A stretch of DNA of 63,609 nt, filler included, from Folioceros fuciformis (Eukaryota), in the NCBI GenBank assembly GCA_049999805.1. It is 4 parts of 3 records of this genome, joined end to end, with 100 filler letters (N's around TTAATTAATTAA, not from the genome) between each part and the next. Parts side by side here need not be neighbours in the genome. Positions count along the whole stretch, not along the records: positions 31,995 to 46,194 come from JBNGIO010006380.1; positions 46,295 to 51,127 come from JBNGIO010006394.1; 2 more parts are not named here. One strand, given 5' to 3'. Every line of letters starts with the position of its first letter. The stretch's first letter is position 1. A program made the position numbers and the translations under genes. Below the pieces are notes generated by a model. It saw only the letters and a program-made list of their open reading frames with translations, did not search any database and was not told where the DNA came from. This document shows positions 36,617 to 48,443 of this stretch, in pieces.

Positions 36617-36819
36617 CCGGGATCCCTGTGGATTACCTATCTGGTGATGGAGTCTTGCTACTTCCCTTCCCGGAGGGCGGTTTCCATCTCGCTGTACACG
36701 TACGCAGGCAGTCTTATCGCACAGTATATGATCCTCCCTCAAATTCATCGCCTCCTTTATGAAATCTTTGGGTTTATAATGTACTTCTTCCTCTGGTATA
36801 GGAATGGGGCAAAGACGCG

Positions 36820-38130
36820 TTATTGATGTTGCCACACAGCTGTGAAGAGTGAGGAATCAAGGTCGTAAGTCCATTCTCCAGACTGTACAAGCAAAGCGGC
36901 AACACGACCAATTTCGTCTGAGGACTTGGCTGCAGCCCCGCATCCACCTGTTGCCACGAAGACACGAGCGTCGGAAAGAGGTTTGCCGTCTACGGCATCA
37001 ATGTAGGGATAATTGTGAGCGGTGTAGGATACAATGCACGGCTTCCTGACCAAGCCATCAGATTTCAGACCAGGAACCAAATGCAGGAGCACGTCGTGTA
37101 AGGAATCCGTCTCCAAATCCCAGTCACTGCCCTGAAACCACTCCATGATCTCTTCGTGTCCAGACACCATTTCATGCTCCCACACAGTGCCTCCGATCTT
37201 CATATACACCTTGCCGTCAGGGTAAACAACAGGCGGGCATGCGTAGATGGAGTGCAGGAAACGGTGCGAATCTAAACGCCAGATAAAGGAAGGCATGCCT
37301 TGCAACCTCTTCTGCTCCTCCAATCCAACCTCCGCCAGCAGCACGGAAACCTTGTGCGTGATGAGAACAAGATCTCTACCTCCAGCCACACTTCCCACGA
37401 GAGAATTGGTGTAGGCATCAGCACAGACCAGCACCTTGCGCGCTCGAATCACCTTACCAGCATCCGTCCTTATCTGCACTCCGTCATCCTGAGGCAGGAT
37501 CTCTACCACCGTTTCCCGAAGCACGAAAGCGCCGTGCTTCTCTGCAACTGCAAGCTGCGCCTGCACCATCCGCCGAGGATCCACATATCCGGCACCACCG
37601 TGCTCCATGACTGCGACATCTCCATCTCCAAATTCAAAGAAAGGGAATCTCCGCCGCAAGTCCTCCCCTCCTTTGACCAGCTCCACCACCGCTCCGTTGC
37701 CCTTCCCTGTCTGGAAGGCCTTGTGGAGCGAGCAGTGCGGCTGGCCGTAGAAAGGAGACACCCGGAGAGATCCTACAGGGAAATGGAAGCCGATGCCGCT
37801 CTCCTTCTCCAAGTCCCCGTAGCCTGCAATCGATCTGGCAGCAAGCTTGCCCCACACCAGATCTGGGTCCACAATCCGGGTGAGCCGACCCTGGTCATAG
37901 TGAGACCCAAACACGCCTACATGCTTGGACCAGTCCTCTGGCTCCGCCGGGCCAATTCCTACCACAGTCGCCTCGGACGGACCAGGAGAGGCAGCAGAAG
38001 GAGAAGGTGAGCATCCAGATGCTGATGACCTAGAAAGCTCCACGGCGAGGTAGCGAAATGCAGCTGCACCGATCATGCCAAGCCCTACCACGGCCACAGC
38101 AAATACAGGAGGCTCCGGCATTGAAGCCAT
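36820..38130 (-). CDS. FAD-dependent oxidoreductase, DAO/sarcosine-oxidase-like, intronless, ~436 aa
   Basis: Rossmann motif VVGLGMIGAAA; GVFGSHYDQGRLTR; GYVDPRRMVQAQL; PPVVYPDGKVYMKIGG; GGCGAAAKSSDEIGR. Confidence 0.88.
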   Translation of the reverse strand: MASMPEPPVFAVAVVGLGMIGAAAFRYLAVELSRSSASGCSPSPSAASPGPSEATVVGIGPAEPEDWSKHVGVFGSHYDQGRLTRIVDPDLVWGKLAARSIAGYGDLEKESGIGFHFPVGSLRVSPFYGQPHCSLHKAFQTGKGNGAVVELVKGGEDLRRRFPFFEFGDGDVAVMEHGGAGYVDPRRMVQAQLAVAEKHGAFVLRETVVEILPQDDGVQIRTDAGKVIRARKVLVCADAYTNSLVGSVAGGRDLVLITHKVSVLLAEVGLEEQKRLQGMPSFIWRLDSHRFLHSIYACPPVVYPDGKVYMKIGGTVWEHEMVSGHEEIMEWFQGSDWDLETDSLHDVLLHLVPGLKSDGLVRKPCIVSYTAHNYPYIDAVDGKPLSDARVFVATGGCGAAAKSSDEIGRVAALLVQSGEWTYDLDSSLFTAVWQHQ

Positions 38131-38415
38131 GGCGTCGGTAACGGAGGCTTCCAATTATGGTCCGGACGAGACTGTGTCATCTTGCCCTGCGATGCATAGG
38201 CCAATGACCATCGCCGTCTACAACAGACGGTCGTGACGCTTATGTCACACAGCCACGTCTTACATGTTAAAGGAATTGTGGATACACTATGTAATTGGAC
38301 ATGGTCGTCTACAAACAGACGGTTGTGTCGCTTGTTTCTTGAGGCCGAATGCTACTGAAACCGTGGATACACTACCATAGGCGAGCTCCTGGCTCGTGAT
38401 GAGAACTAAACTAAT

Positions 38416-40293
38416 CTAGGATGCCCCTGCAGCTAATCCACTACCTTGTCCTTCTGCCAGATGAAGCTGAGATACGCCGTCCGCCATTTGCCTTTCCTGT
38501 GCAGAATCGTCCACCACATTCCGCAAAACCTTCCCAGTAGCGTGACCCTCAACACTCCTTTGCCAGGCCTTGTCGGCTTCAGTGAGTGTGTACATGGAAT
38601 CAATGACCGTCCGCAACCTTCCTTCTGCTGCCTGATCCACCACGAGCTCCAAGTCTGCAGTCTTGGGAGCCAAGAAAAACGGAGTCACCCTGTGCTTAGA
38701 GAAGGTGATCTTCTGCTTTACAGATAACATAAAAACCTTTGGGGTCGGGTTGAGTTCAATGACTTTGCCATGAGGCGCCAGCACATTATAGAATGCAGGC
38801 CATTCGAAGTCCGATGCGCAGATGAGCATTGCATCATATTTCCGTCCAGAAGCACTCTGGAGTCTGGCACCTTCAGGACTGTGGTAGTCTAGCACCTCAT
38901 CCGCTCCCCATCTCCTTAGAAGCTCGACATTGCGAGACCCACAAGTTTCCGTGACATAAGCCCCGCCCAGCTTTGCTATCTGCAGGAAAGAGATGCGGCC
39001 ATATTACTCCCCACACAGACGAATCTTATGGCTTGTTGCATTCCGGGGAAGAATGAGGGGGGTTGCCAGAATCACCTGCACAGCTTAGTGNNNNNNNNNN
39101 NNNNNNNNNNNNNNNNNNNNNNNNNNNNNNNNNNNNNNNNNNNNNNNNNNNNNNNNNNNNNNNNNNNNNNNNNNNNNNNNNNNNNNNNNNGCCGTCGTCA
39201 CCAGTATGCTGCCTGGACAACATTAACTGGGTAGTTCATCAAAAGTTGACGTCATTGCACAATGAAACTCGTGTGTAGACTACTATGAGCATTCATGGTC
39301 ACAGAGTTTATACTGTACCGCAGAATAATACCACGGTAGGTGCCATCAAGTGTAACACCAGCAACGTCCCCGACGCATTGAAGGGCTGTCATTCCAGCTG
39401 TTGGCGGAGAGGCACCCACATCTGGAGACACCGTGGGAGGTCTATGGGCTGTGAATCTGGTGGACGCAATGGCGTACTCTGCAAATCCGCCTCCATGCTG
39501 TAAAAGCACCAGAAATGCGCCTCAGCAAACATCACCTCAGGTATCCAGCGTGAAGCGGAGCATCAAAAGAGATTCTAATTCCGAGTGTTTCTGGCATCAT
39601 CCGCCAACCTGTGTTGCCTAGGGAGACGTACGCAACGAACTTACCCTCATGTCAAGCCAAGAAACCACCTGCTGGCCAACAGCAAAGTTCGTCACTCCTG
39701 GTCCCAAAGCCACTACTTCTCCAGCAACATCCGTGCCTGTGATGAACACGGTTGACAACGAAACAAGGAATCTCAATTCACCACTCAGCCTCCAAATCTG
39801 GCTCACATACACTCGTCCTCCAGCAGAGTGTTACTAACAACACATGCCTCGGAAGGTAAGAACAACAAACCTCGTACGTATGGAAATTTTGCGGGGAGGA
39901 AGGGCCTGAAAAGCCCCTTCTGTACCTTCCAGTCTGCTGGATTCACACTGACAGCCTCCAGATTCAATACCACTTCATCCCTCTTCGGCGTGTAGTGCGG
40001 AAGGGAGATCTCTGCAGGCTGATGCGAACGGCAGGCACCATGGCGATAAGGAAAAGGATGACCTGAACACTCTCGAATCACACAATCAAACCTCGAGCCA
40101 CCGTGACTCCCCACAGAATCCGTCTTAGCGAGCTTTTAGTTGGCTCGTTTCACTGGATAAGAATGCTGGGCACATACCTGTCAAGTGCCTAGAAGTCGCA
40201 AACAATGGAACTCAATTGTTCTACGTCTAAGCCTTCCACGCCTCCCTTGAAGGGCCTGAACCAGACCACTCTCATCAACGTCTTTTCCGCCAT
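38416..40293 (-). CDS. ceQORH-like quinone oxidoreductase (MDR family), divergent copy, multi-exon, spans a gap
   Basis: SVNPADWKVQKG, GTDVAGEVV, GGGFAEYA, GADEVLDYHSPEGARL.S.SGRKYD, AWQRSVEGHATGK. Integrity cannot be verified across the N gap. Confidence 0.8.
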
Positions 40294-40780
40294 CACATTC
40301 TCCAGTTGCCCACCAGTAGCGACTCAAAAGCTGCTACACCAGTAGTGTGGTTTTTGCTCACCAATTCGGAGGCAGCTTGAGCAATCCCAAGGAATTAGCA
40401 GACACTGGAAGGATGCGTACAAGTGGAAGCAGCGTAATAGTCGGTACAGTTGTCGCCTGAGGACAAGTGTACCCCATCTCCCAGTCCGCATTCGGCTGGT
40501 CTAGCCGGCTTTCCATATTCGAAGCCAGACGGCAGACCAGAATACTGTACTGTATTATCCTATAGACAGTTTTTCCTCACCTGCTTCTGTGTATCCACAT
40601 TTCTGAGGTTCCGCGCACTATATGTCATTGCCAGTGCACACAGTACATTCCTATCTACAGACTTCGTCTCTTCTTTCGAAACCCGAGACTCTTGAGACTC
40701 AAGCCACATCCTTGCTCCAACATCCTTGCTCCACGTATGAATTAGTTTATAAATTTAACAACATCCAATTGTGTCAGACA

Positions 40781-40861
40781 GTCAGGATGGCCGAGTTGGT
40801 CTAAGGCGCCAGTTTCAGGTACTGGTCCGAAAGGGCATGGGTTCGAATCCCATTTCTGACA
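40781..40861 (+). tRNA. tRNA-Leu (anticodon CAG)
   Basis: GTCAGGA/TTCTGAC acceptor stem, TGGCCGAGTTGG A-box, ccagt-TTCAGGT-actgg anticodon arm, long variable arm, GGTTCGAATCC B-box. Confidence 0.95.
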
Positions 40862-41104
40862 CTGTTTGACAGGAAAAAATTTTCTCCCTTTGCAATGTAT
40901 TGCAATAGATATCATCTTTCCATTCTCCAATCACATAATTACTTTCAAGTTGAAAACGAACTGCAATAGATATCATCTTTCCGTTCTTCAATCACATAAC
41001 TACTTTCAAATTTGGATATTCTTTGTGTTGCACTCAACTTTAAAAACAGACAAATTATATTTTCCATCCCCACACAAATAACCAGTAACACCCCNNNNNN
41101 NNNN

Positions 41105-42660
41105 CGCAGTTAGAAGCCAAAGCAAGGGTCAGACACCGGACACAGCACTAGGCCACCAAGTAGCCTGCACACCGGACACAGCACTAGGCCGGACATAGCA
41201 CTAGGCCGGACATAGCACTAGGCCTCCAAGTAGCCCGCACACCGGACACAGCACTAGGCCTCCAAGTAGCCTGCCCTCCTCTTCTAAAAGGACTCGCAGC
41301 CAGCAAAACCACGTAGTTAGAAGCCAAAGCAAGGGTCAGTGGGTCAGTTTTAAACACCACGTAGTTAGAAGCCAAAGCAAGGGTCAGTGGGTCAGTTTTA
41401 AACACCGGACACAGCACTAGGCCTCCAAATAGCCCGCCCTCCTCTTCTAGGAGGACTCGCAGCCAGCAAAACCACGCAGTTAGAAGCCAAAGCAAGGGTC
41501 AGTTTTAAACACTAGACACAACACTAGGCCTCCAAATAGCCCGCCCTCCTCTTCTAGGAGGACTCGCAGCCAGCACCCTTGCTACTGCTCTTTTTTCAAA
41601 TCACGAGTCAACAAGAACATACAGAGCTGGAGGGCTAGAGAGAACTCCCCATCTTTGCCTAAGCTAGGAGTTTAGCTCTCCCTTCTCTTGGCCTCCTCCC
41701 ACAACTCCTTCAAAGCACCTTTCATGTGAGAGCCACAACTCCTTCNNNNNNNNNNCACCTTTCATGTGAGAGCCACAACTCCTTCAAAGCACCTTTCATG
41801 TGCTCTCACAGCCCAAGCAACACATGCTCTCATGGCATAGCCCAAGCACCCAGTGCTCTCATGGCTTTGAGGAGATATTGATCTCAACTCCACTGTAGTG
41901 AACTTTTCTTAGCCCTTAGCTAGGTCCCCTTTTATACACAAGCTCAAGTCACTAACTTAGCAACTACTTACTTAAGCACTTACTTAAGCCTTAAGCTATT
42001 ATTCACTACCACACACTTTTTCCTAGGGCTGCATGTTTCTCATGCTCTTAGTAACATGCTCTGCATGCTTCTCATGCTCTTAGTAACATGCTCTGCATAC
42101 TTCTCATACTCTTAGTAACCTGCTCTGCATACTTCTCATACTCTTAGTAACCTGCTCTGCATGCTTCTGATGCATGCTTCTCATGCTCTTAATAACCTGC
42201 TCTGCTAAACATGCAGAGGCATGCTTCTCATGCTCTTAATAACCTGCCATGCTCTTAGTAAATGCTTCTCATGCTCTTAATAGCCTGCCATGCTCTTAGT
42301 AACCTGCTCTGCTAAACATGCAACCTGCTCTGCTAAACATGCAGAGGCATGCTTCTCATGCTCTTAATAACCTGCCATGCTAATGCTCTTAATAACCTGC
42401 CATGCTAAACATGCAGAGGCATGCTTCTCATGCTCTTAATAAAAACATGCAGAGCCATGCTTCTCANNNNNNNNNNCATGCTTCTCATGCTCTTAATAAA
42501 AACATGCAGAGCCATGCTTCTCATGCTCTTAATAAAAACATGCAGAGGCATGCTTCTCATGCTCTTAATAACCTAAAAACAGAGGCATGCTTCTCATGCT
42601 CTTAATAACCTGCCATGCTAAACATGCAGAGGCATGCTTCTCATGCTAAATATGCTTCTG
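41105..42660. repeat. Dispersed repeat, copy 2, with internal tandem amplifications
   Basis: Homologous to 3287-3835; sub-units 'accggacacagcactaggcc' and 'gcatgcttctcatgctcttaataa' are tandemly expanded; several small N gaps. Confidence 0.88.
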
Positions 42661-42809
42661 CATGGAGCTCCATGGAGCTTACTTACTAGCCACCTGGTTC
42701 AAGCTGAAAGTATAAAAATATCAAAGTGATTGCTAACAGGTGTTAAGTCTGTACATACGTATATGCAAAAGGCTTTACAATAAGAGAAAAAAAAAGGTGA
42801 GAAAACTTT

Positions 42810-44313
42810 TCACATCACGTCAACTACGATCTTGCCGGTAGCGTGGCCTTCTATGCTCCGTTCCCAGGCTTTCTCGGCTTCCGAGAGGGGAAACTTGGAA
42901 TCTATGATCGTCTTGAGTTTGCCTTGCACCGTGAGATCAAGCAAAAGCTGGAGATCCGGTGCGCTTGACCTCATGATGAAGGGAGAGAGCTTGCGTTTGG
43001 AGAAAAACAGCGTCTGCTTCAATGCCCGCGCGAAGCCCTTGGAAGTAGGGGAGAGATCCACGACCTTTCCGTTGGGCTGGAGGACGGACTCGAATGTGGA
43101 CCAAGGGGTCTCCTTGGCGCCGTGGATAATAGCATCATACTTCTTCCCCGAGGGACTCTGAAGGCTGGCGCCTTCCGGGGTCTTGTAGTCTAGAACCTCG
43201 TCGGCTCCCAGCTCCTTGATGAGCTGGATGTTGCGGCTCCCAGCTGTAGCTGTCACATGCGCTCCACTCAGCTTGGCAAGCTGCCAGGAGTACGGGGATG
43301 GAGTTGATTAGGAAACTTGCATCTTGTTCCTGCCTGAGTCGGCGTGAGAGTGAAGGTGGAAGGCGGGCATACCTGCACAGCGTAGATTCCCACCCCGCCG
43401 CTGGCTCCGGTGACGAGAATGTTGCCTGGTGGACACGGCACGAAAAAGCAAACCACATGAGCTGGATGTGAGAACATGGTGTTACTGAGAAGAATCCACC
43501 GACCCTGCGGTGCTTGCTGTAGCCTGAGGCTCTCACCCTTGTAGGTTCCGTCTAACTTAGCTCCTGCACCATTTGAGTCCCTGACGCTCTGCAGGGCGGT
43601 AATCCCAGCGATAACCAGACATGCACCTACTTCCGCGGATACTTCGGGGGGTCTGGCGGCCGTGACCTTGGCGTAGGCGACCGCGTATTCTGCAAGCGCA
43701 CCTCCAGACTGCCAATCGAAGGAGGTGAGTGAGGCGCATGGAATCGTGGCTCATGAAAAGAAAAGGCCGAGCAAAGACGGAACCGAATCCCAAATCCCAA
43801 GGACGGTGACTCACGCCGATGTCCAGATGAGTCACCACTTTCTGGCCGACTTGGAAGTCAGTCACCCCAGGCCCCAACTTCACCACCTCCCCGGCCACAT
43901 CCGAGCCTGAAACGCGTGCCGTCCCGGTGGCAACACCCGCAATCAAAAACAGCACAACAGAAAAACATAGACTGCCTGCCAGAAAGAGCCCTGTTCGCTG
44001 CCTTGCCCTGCCCCCTCACCTGGTATGGTGGGCAATCGATACGGGAACATAGGCCTCAAGTCGCCGTTCTGTATCTTCCAGTCCACAGGATTCACCGACG
44101 ACACCTCTATCTTCATCAGCACCTGCCCCTTCTTGGGGATCGGTACGGGAACCTCCACATGCTGCAAGCGGCGGCGGAGGCACAGACAACGAACGACTTG
44201 AGACAGCGCCACATGACACGCCTACCACGGCTGGTACAGCCTCCCCATACCTCCAGCGCCGACGCGCCTCCCTTGTACTTGGAGTAGGAGACTGCCTTCA
44301 TCACCTCCGCCAT
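42810..44313 (-). CDS. ceQORH: Chloroplast envelope quinone oxidoreductase homolog (ceQORH-like), multi-exon
   Basis: MKAVSY..Y.GG...L, HVEVPVP.PKK, SVNPVDWKIQ, GSDVAGEVV, NILVTGASGGVGIYAVQLAKL, LGADEVLDYKTPEGASLQSPSGKKYD, AEKAWERSIEGHATGKIVV. Confidence 0.93.
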
Positions 44314-44930
44314 CGTCCTCGCAGAGAAGTTCGTTTTCAAAATCACCAGTGTGACGGAACCTACTGCAGCTGCCTCAGCAGCAGAGCCTCCGTGCAAGTG
44401 CGCTTCGAACAGCGGCAAGCCCCGAGCAAGGCAACCGGGTCTCCGTCTCCCAAATCTCCGTTCGAACTCCTGGCAGTCGTTCTAATATCTAGGCCGTGCT
44501 TGGGTGGGGACTATCTACCTCAGCTTCGTTCTCTGTCGTGTCTGGTAGATGATTCCCCTTTCCCCTTTTCCCTCTCCTCCCCTAGGTTCAATGTCTCCGT
44601 AGCCTTACCAACTCAAGGTGGTCCCGTTCCGAAACCCTGCTGCACAGATCGTGCTGAGAGCAGCAACCTTCAGACAGCTACACGTATCTCCACATTATCA
44701 TAGTGGAGTTTAATCCGATTTAGCTCAAGTCCCGACAGATGCAGCACACTGTGACGACCACGCGCCATTTCCCAGGAACAGACAGAGCCTTTGCGGAGAA
44801 ATAGTGTTCTTTCAGCTGCCTTTCACGACATTCTTCCCTTCCTTCCTTCTTTCACTCAACCTATCCAGTCAAAGTCCTCCCCAGGATCGCACCTTCAATT
44901 GTTAAACGAAAGAAAGGTAAGATCGAAAAG

Positions 44931-46190
44931 TCACCTAGGGAGGCAGGCAAAACTGGGCTCGTAGGCGCCCAAGCGCGCAATTCTGGGGTCTCGCTCATAC
45001 ACGCCCAAGGGGAGTGTGTGCCAAGGCATGTCTTCTTTGTCTGATACCACGTTGTCGTAGACCAGGAGCTTGCACAGCGGCGGATTACTGTGCTCCCAAG
45101 TGATGCACAGACGACCGTCCTGGGTGGCGATGGCGTCGCGGGGCACCACCTGCGGGCACCCGTCCTGGTGGGCCGGGCAATGCATTTCCGGAATCCTGCG
45201 CACCACTTTCCACCGCGCGTCGGGGACCGGAGGGTCCAGGGCAAGCAGGAAGAAGGAGCGCAAGGCGTGGGCGGCGATGCCGTAGAGATGACCACCGCAC
45301 TCCACAATCTTGGCGAACCAGGAGAAGCCGTCGGGCGGGGGGACCGGGTTAGGGCACCACTCCTCCGCGTCGGGGTCGTACAGCGCTACCACGTCTTGGT
45401 TGGTGGCTTCGTGGCGGAGAAAGAAATGGAGCTGCCGCTCCAGGACCGCGAAGCCGCATATGTTGTGGTACGCTGGGAGAAGCTTCACTTGGTACCACGA
45501 GTGGCTCGCCTTCCAGCTCAGGTAAACGTAGGCGGTGAAGGACTCCACAGCCGCGTCCACCTCCTCTTCCGTCCACACCACCACGCACGCCGCGAAGGAA
45601 GCCGTGTTGGGGTCCCTCGCATCTTCCGGATCCTGGGAACCCTGTGAAGAGTCATGCGGACACGCCTGTGGCTCCTGCACCTGGAGCCACACGATGCGCA
45701 CCACCGACACGCTCAGCGGCGGGAGCTAGATCCTGCGTTGCGTAAGAGGGTTGCCGACGAGTAGCCGCACCTCCTGCCGCTGCCCTGCGCCCGCGTCCAG
45801 ATCCGAGGCCGAGTCGAAGCCGCACAGAAAGCCTTTGGAGCCCGCCAGCCGTCCGTTGCCCAAGAGGGGAGAAGGCAGGCGCTGGTCCACGGCTGTCTCC
45901 ACATCGTAACCTCGGAATGTGGCGTCGCTGCGCTGCATCAAGGGGAAGAAGACGGCCCAAGGCATCTTCCGCGTCTGCAACTTCACCACATTTCGGTAGC
46001 TCGGGCTGTACCACAAGGAGTTCCAAGAGCGGCACACGCAGCGGGCTCTGGCCACATCCCGGAGCGGCAGGCCTGCGAGGATCAGCGCCCAGAGCTCCTC
46101 CGGGAGCCTGCCTGCAGCTGCTCCCGCCGCTTTTACGACCCCTCCTCCTTTCCCAGTTTCATTTGCTTCCGCCTCGGATGACTCCATCAT
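44931..46190 (-). pseudogene. Intronless F-box protein with associated beta-rich domain, in-frame TAG at 45726-45728
   Basis: F-box LPEELWALILAGLPLRDVARARCVCRSWNSL; LAGSKGFLC; VGNPLT. The downstream ORF is in the same frame after one stop. Confidence 0.8.
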
Positions 46191-46194
46191 ACCC

Positions 46195-46294
46195 NNNNNN
46201 NNNNNNNNNNNNNNNNNNNNNNNNNNNNNNNNNNNNNNTTAATTAATTAANNNNNNNNNNNNNNNNNNNNNNNNNNNNNNNNNNNNNNNNNNNN
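46195..46294. other. Artificial contig-joining spacer
   Basis: N-run with TTAATTAATTAA. Confidence 0.9.
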
Positions 46295-47522
46295 GTTCAT
46301 CTCATTCCTCCATAACATGTGCATCAAGATGTCTCTCAACCAGTGACCTTCGGCACTCTCGGGCCCAGTTGCCATGAAGTTTTGATGCATGCCATCTTCT
46401 TCGTCGTCCTCCTCGCCTGCCAATATTCTTGGATCTATCTCATCACCACGATCTATCCTAATGTTGTGCAGTAGCACACATGCATAAGTCAACGCATTGA
46501 AGTAGTCGATGTTGCCTCGCCACACCCTCCTACCTAGTATCCGCCAAACCTTTTTCAGTGCTCCGAAAGCGTCCTCAACGACCATACGAGAAGAGGATAG
46601 CTTGAAGTCAAAAGACTCTTTGTCTGCCATCAAACCTTGACCAGGAAAGGGGATGATCAACCATGGAAGCAAAGGGTAGCCAACATCTCCGATGATATAC
46701 TCTCGCACTTCCTCGTTATCCACGAGCATGGATGGTCCATTCAGCCGTGCACCTGCATTGGCTTGGTGATATACCTCTGAGTTGTATAGAATTCTCGTAT
46801 CATTTGCAGCTCCTGGCCAGCCTGTTACTACGTCTAAGAACTTCTTATTGGGGCCTACGATACCTTGCATTGCGACTGTGAGATCCTTGTATCTTCCTCG
46901 ATACTCCCATTGGTTTTCTCCTACAGGCAGTTCCAACCGAAAATGGGTCACATCGATGGCACCACAACAATCCATGAAGCCATGTCGTTCAAAGAATCCT
47001 GCCTTCACTTCCTCCAATTTGACCTGTTGATGGCCAGGCAAGGTGATGCCTAGCCTTCTATATGATTGCTTTGACAAAACGGTGAGTAATTGTGCAGGCA
47101 ATTGACTGTCCCACTCCGAAGCTGTCACCTAAAGAGACAAAGCTATCACCTGTGGCCAGTCTCCTTAAGGCAATGGGAACTTGTTTATGCACACAGATAA
47201 TCCTCCCGAGGATGTTCACAAATCCAGGAACTGGAGTCGGGTCAACAGCGTCATGAACTAGATTGCAAATGTACGTAAAGGTTGCCCATGGGAATCCATA
47301 GAAACGGGCAAACCTTTTTGGATCCTCTTGTGCCACTTGAAGGTATAAAGTCCACATGTCCTGTACTCGGGGTTTCACATAGTACGTTGATAATTGAATG
47401 CCCGTTAGAAATCCCCTTGGTAATTGTCGTGTGCGGGCCGCAATTGCAAGAGCAGCCTCCAATTGTTGACATGAAAGAACAGTGTTATCAAGAGCATCAT
47501 CTAGAAGTCTTTGGTCATCCAT
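46295..47522 (-). mobile_element. PIF/Harbinger transposase (DDE_Tnp_4, HARBI1-like) remnant, frameshifted
   Basis: ALRRLATGDSF..LGDSFGVG; CCGAIDVTH; DVVTGWPG..ND..IL; YIIGD.GYPLLPWL; SRMVVEDAFG.LK..WRIL; ACVLLHNI. Frame change near 47100. Confidence 0.9.
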
Positions 47523-48443
47523 GCTCACATATCTTAAAGATAGCCCGCAATCGGTGATGGCAACATCATTACTCCCCTCAAAGTAATTCAGTAAATAAAA
47601 CAAGTCTCAAACTACACTTTGTGTGGCAAGGGCTACGTCGTAGACGACCATTTGCTCCACATTGGCCATAGATTGTCAATCCCTGAGCTTCGACCTAAAA
47701 CGTAGCTGCTTGCTTCGACCTAAAACGTAGCTGCTTGTTGAGCATGAAACTTGCTAAGCTTTGTCAAAGTCCATAGGGACACTTGAGTTTGATCGCGAAC
47801 AGGCCAAGGCCAGCCCGTTGTACTGAACCGGTGATGACCCGTTTCAGGCACTTGGCCACTCTCGGTCATGAGTTCCGGTATGGGATAGTTCACACGTAAC
47901 TGGGAAAAAAATCCCCGGAAAAAAATCGCTTAGGGTGGTTCGGGCTACGTGGGAACCTAGCATTACTTGGTACATTGGACCCGCCCAGGTCCTGACTCCT
48001 GATGCTGTGTGAGAATCCACGGTTTCGTTTTCATTGCCCCATATTGCTTCGCGACACTAATTTTAGCATTCACGTGCAATGTACCTTGCAGTTATTTAAA
48101 ATTGAATTAAACCAAAATTTTATTTATTGAGGTAGGCATTTCCTTATCCTCTACTAACAGCCAAAAATCACAGATAGTCCTCTTTCTAAACACAAAAAAA
48201 AGTGCTTTCTTCACCAAAGGGCCAAAGGGCCAAAGGCTGGCCAAAGAGATGCATATGGAAAATACAAATTTGAGAAAGGAAGATATTATAACTCGTTGCC
48301 TCTACAAACACTGCTTCCCAAAGTAGTGAGAGACATTCTAAGAAATTTGGATAATGTGTTTTTATACTTGACACATTTACACTTCTATAAAATGAGCAAC
48401 TCTAAAGTGCATACCTTGTTGAAACACTTTGCTTAATTTGCTT

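Noticed and set aside
47900..48000. Harbinger terminal inverted repeat
   Set aside because: The other end is lost in the gap, so no TIR/TSD pair can be verified.
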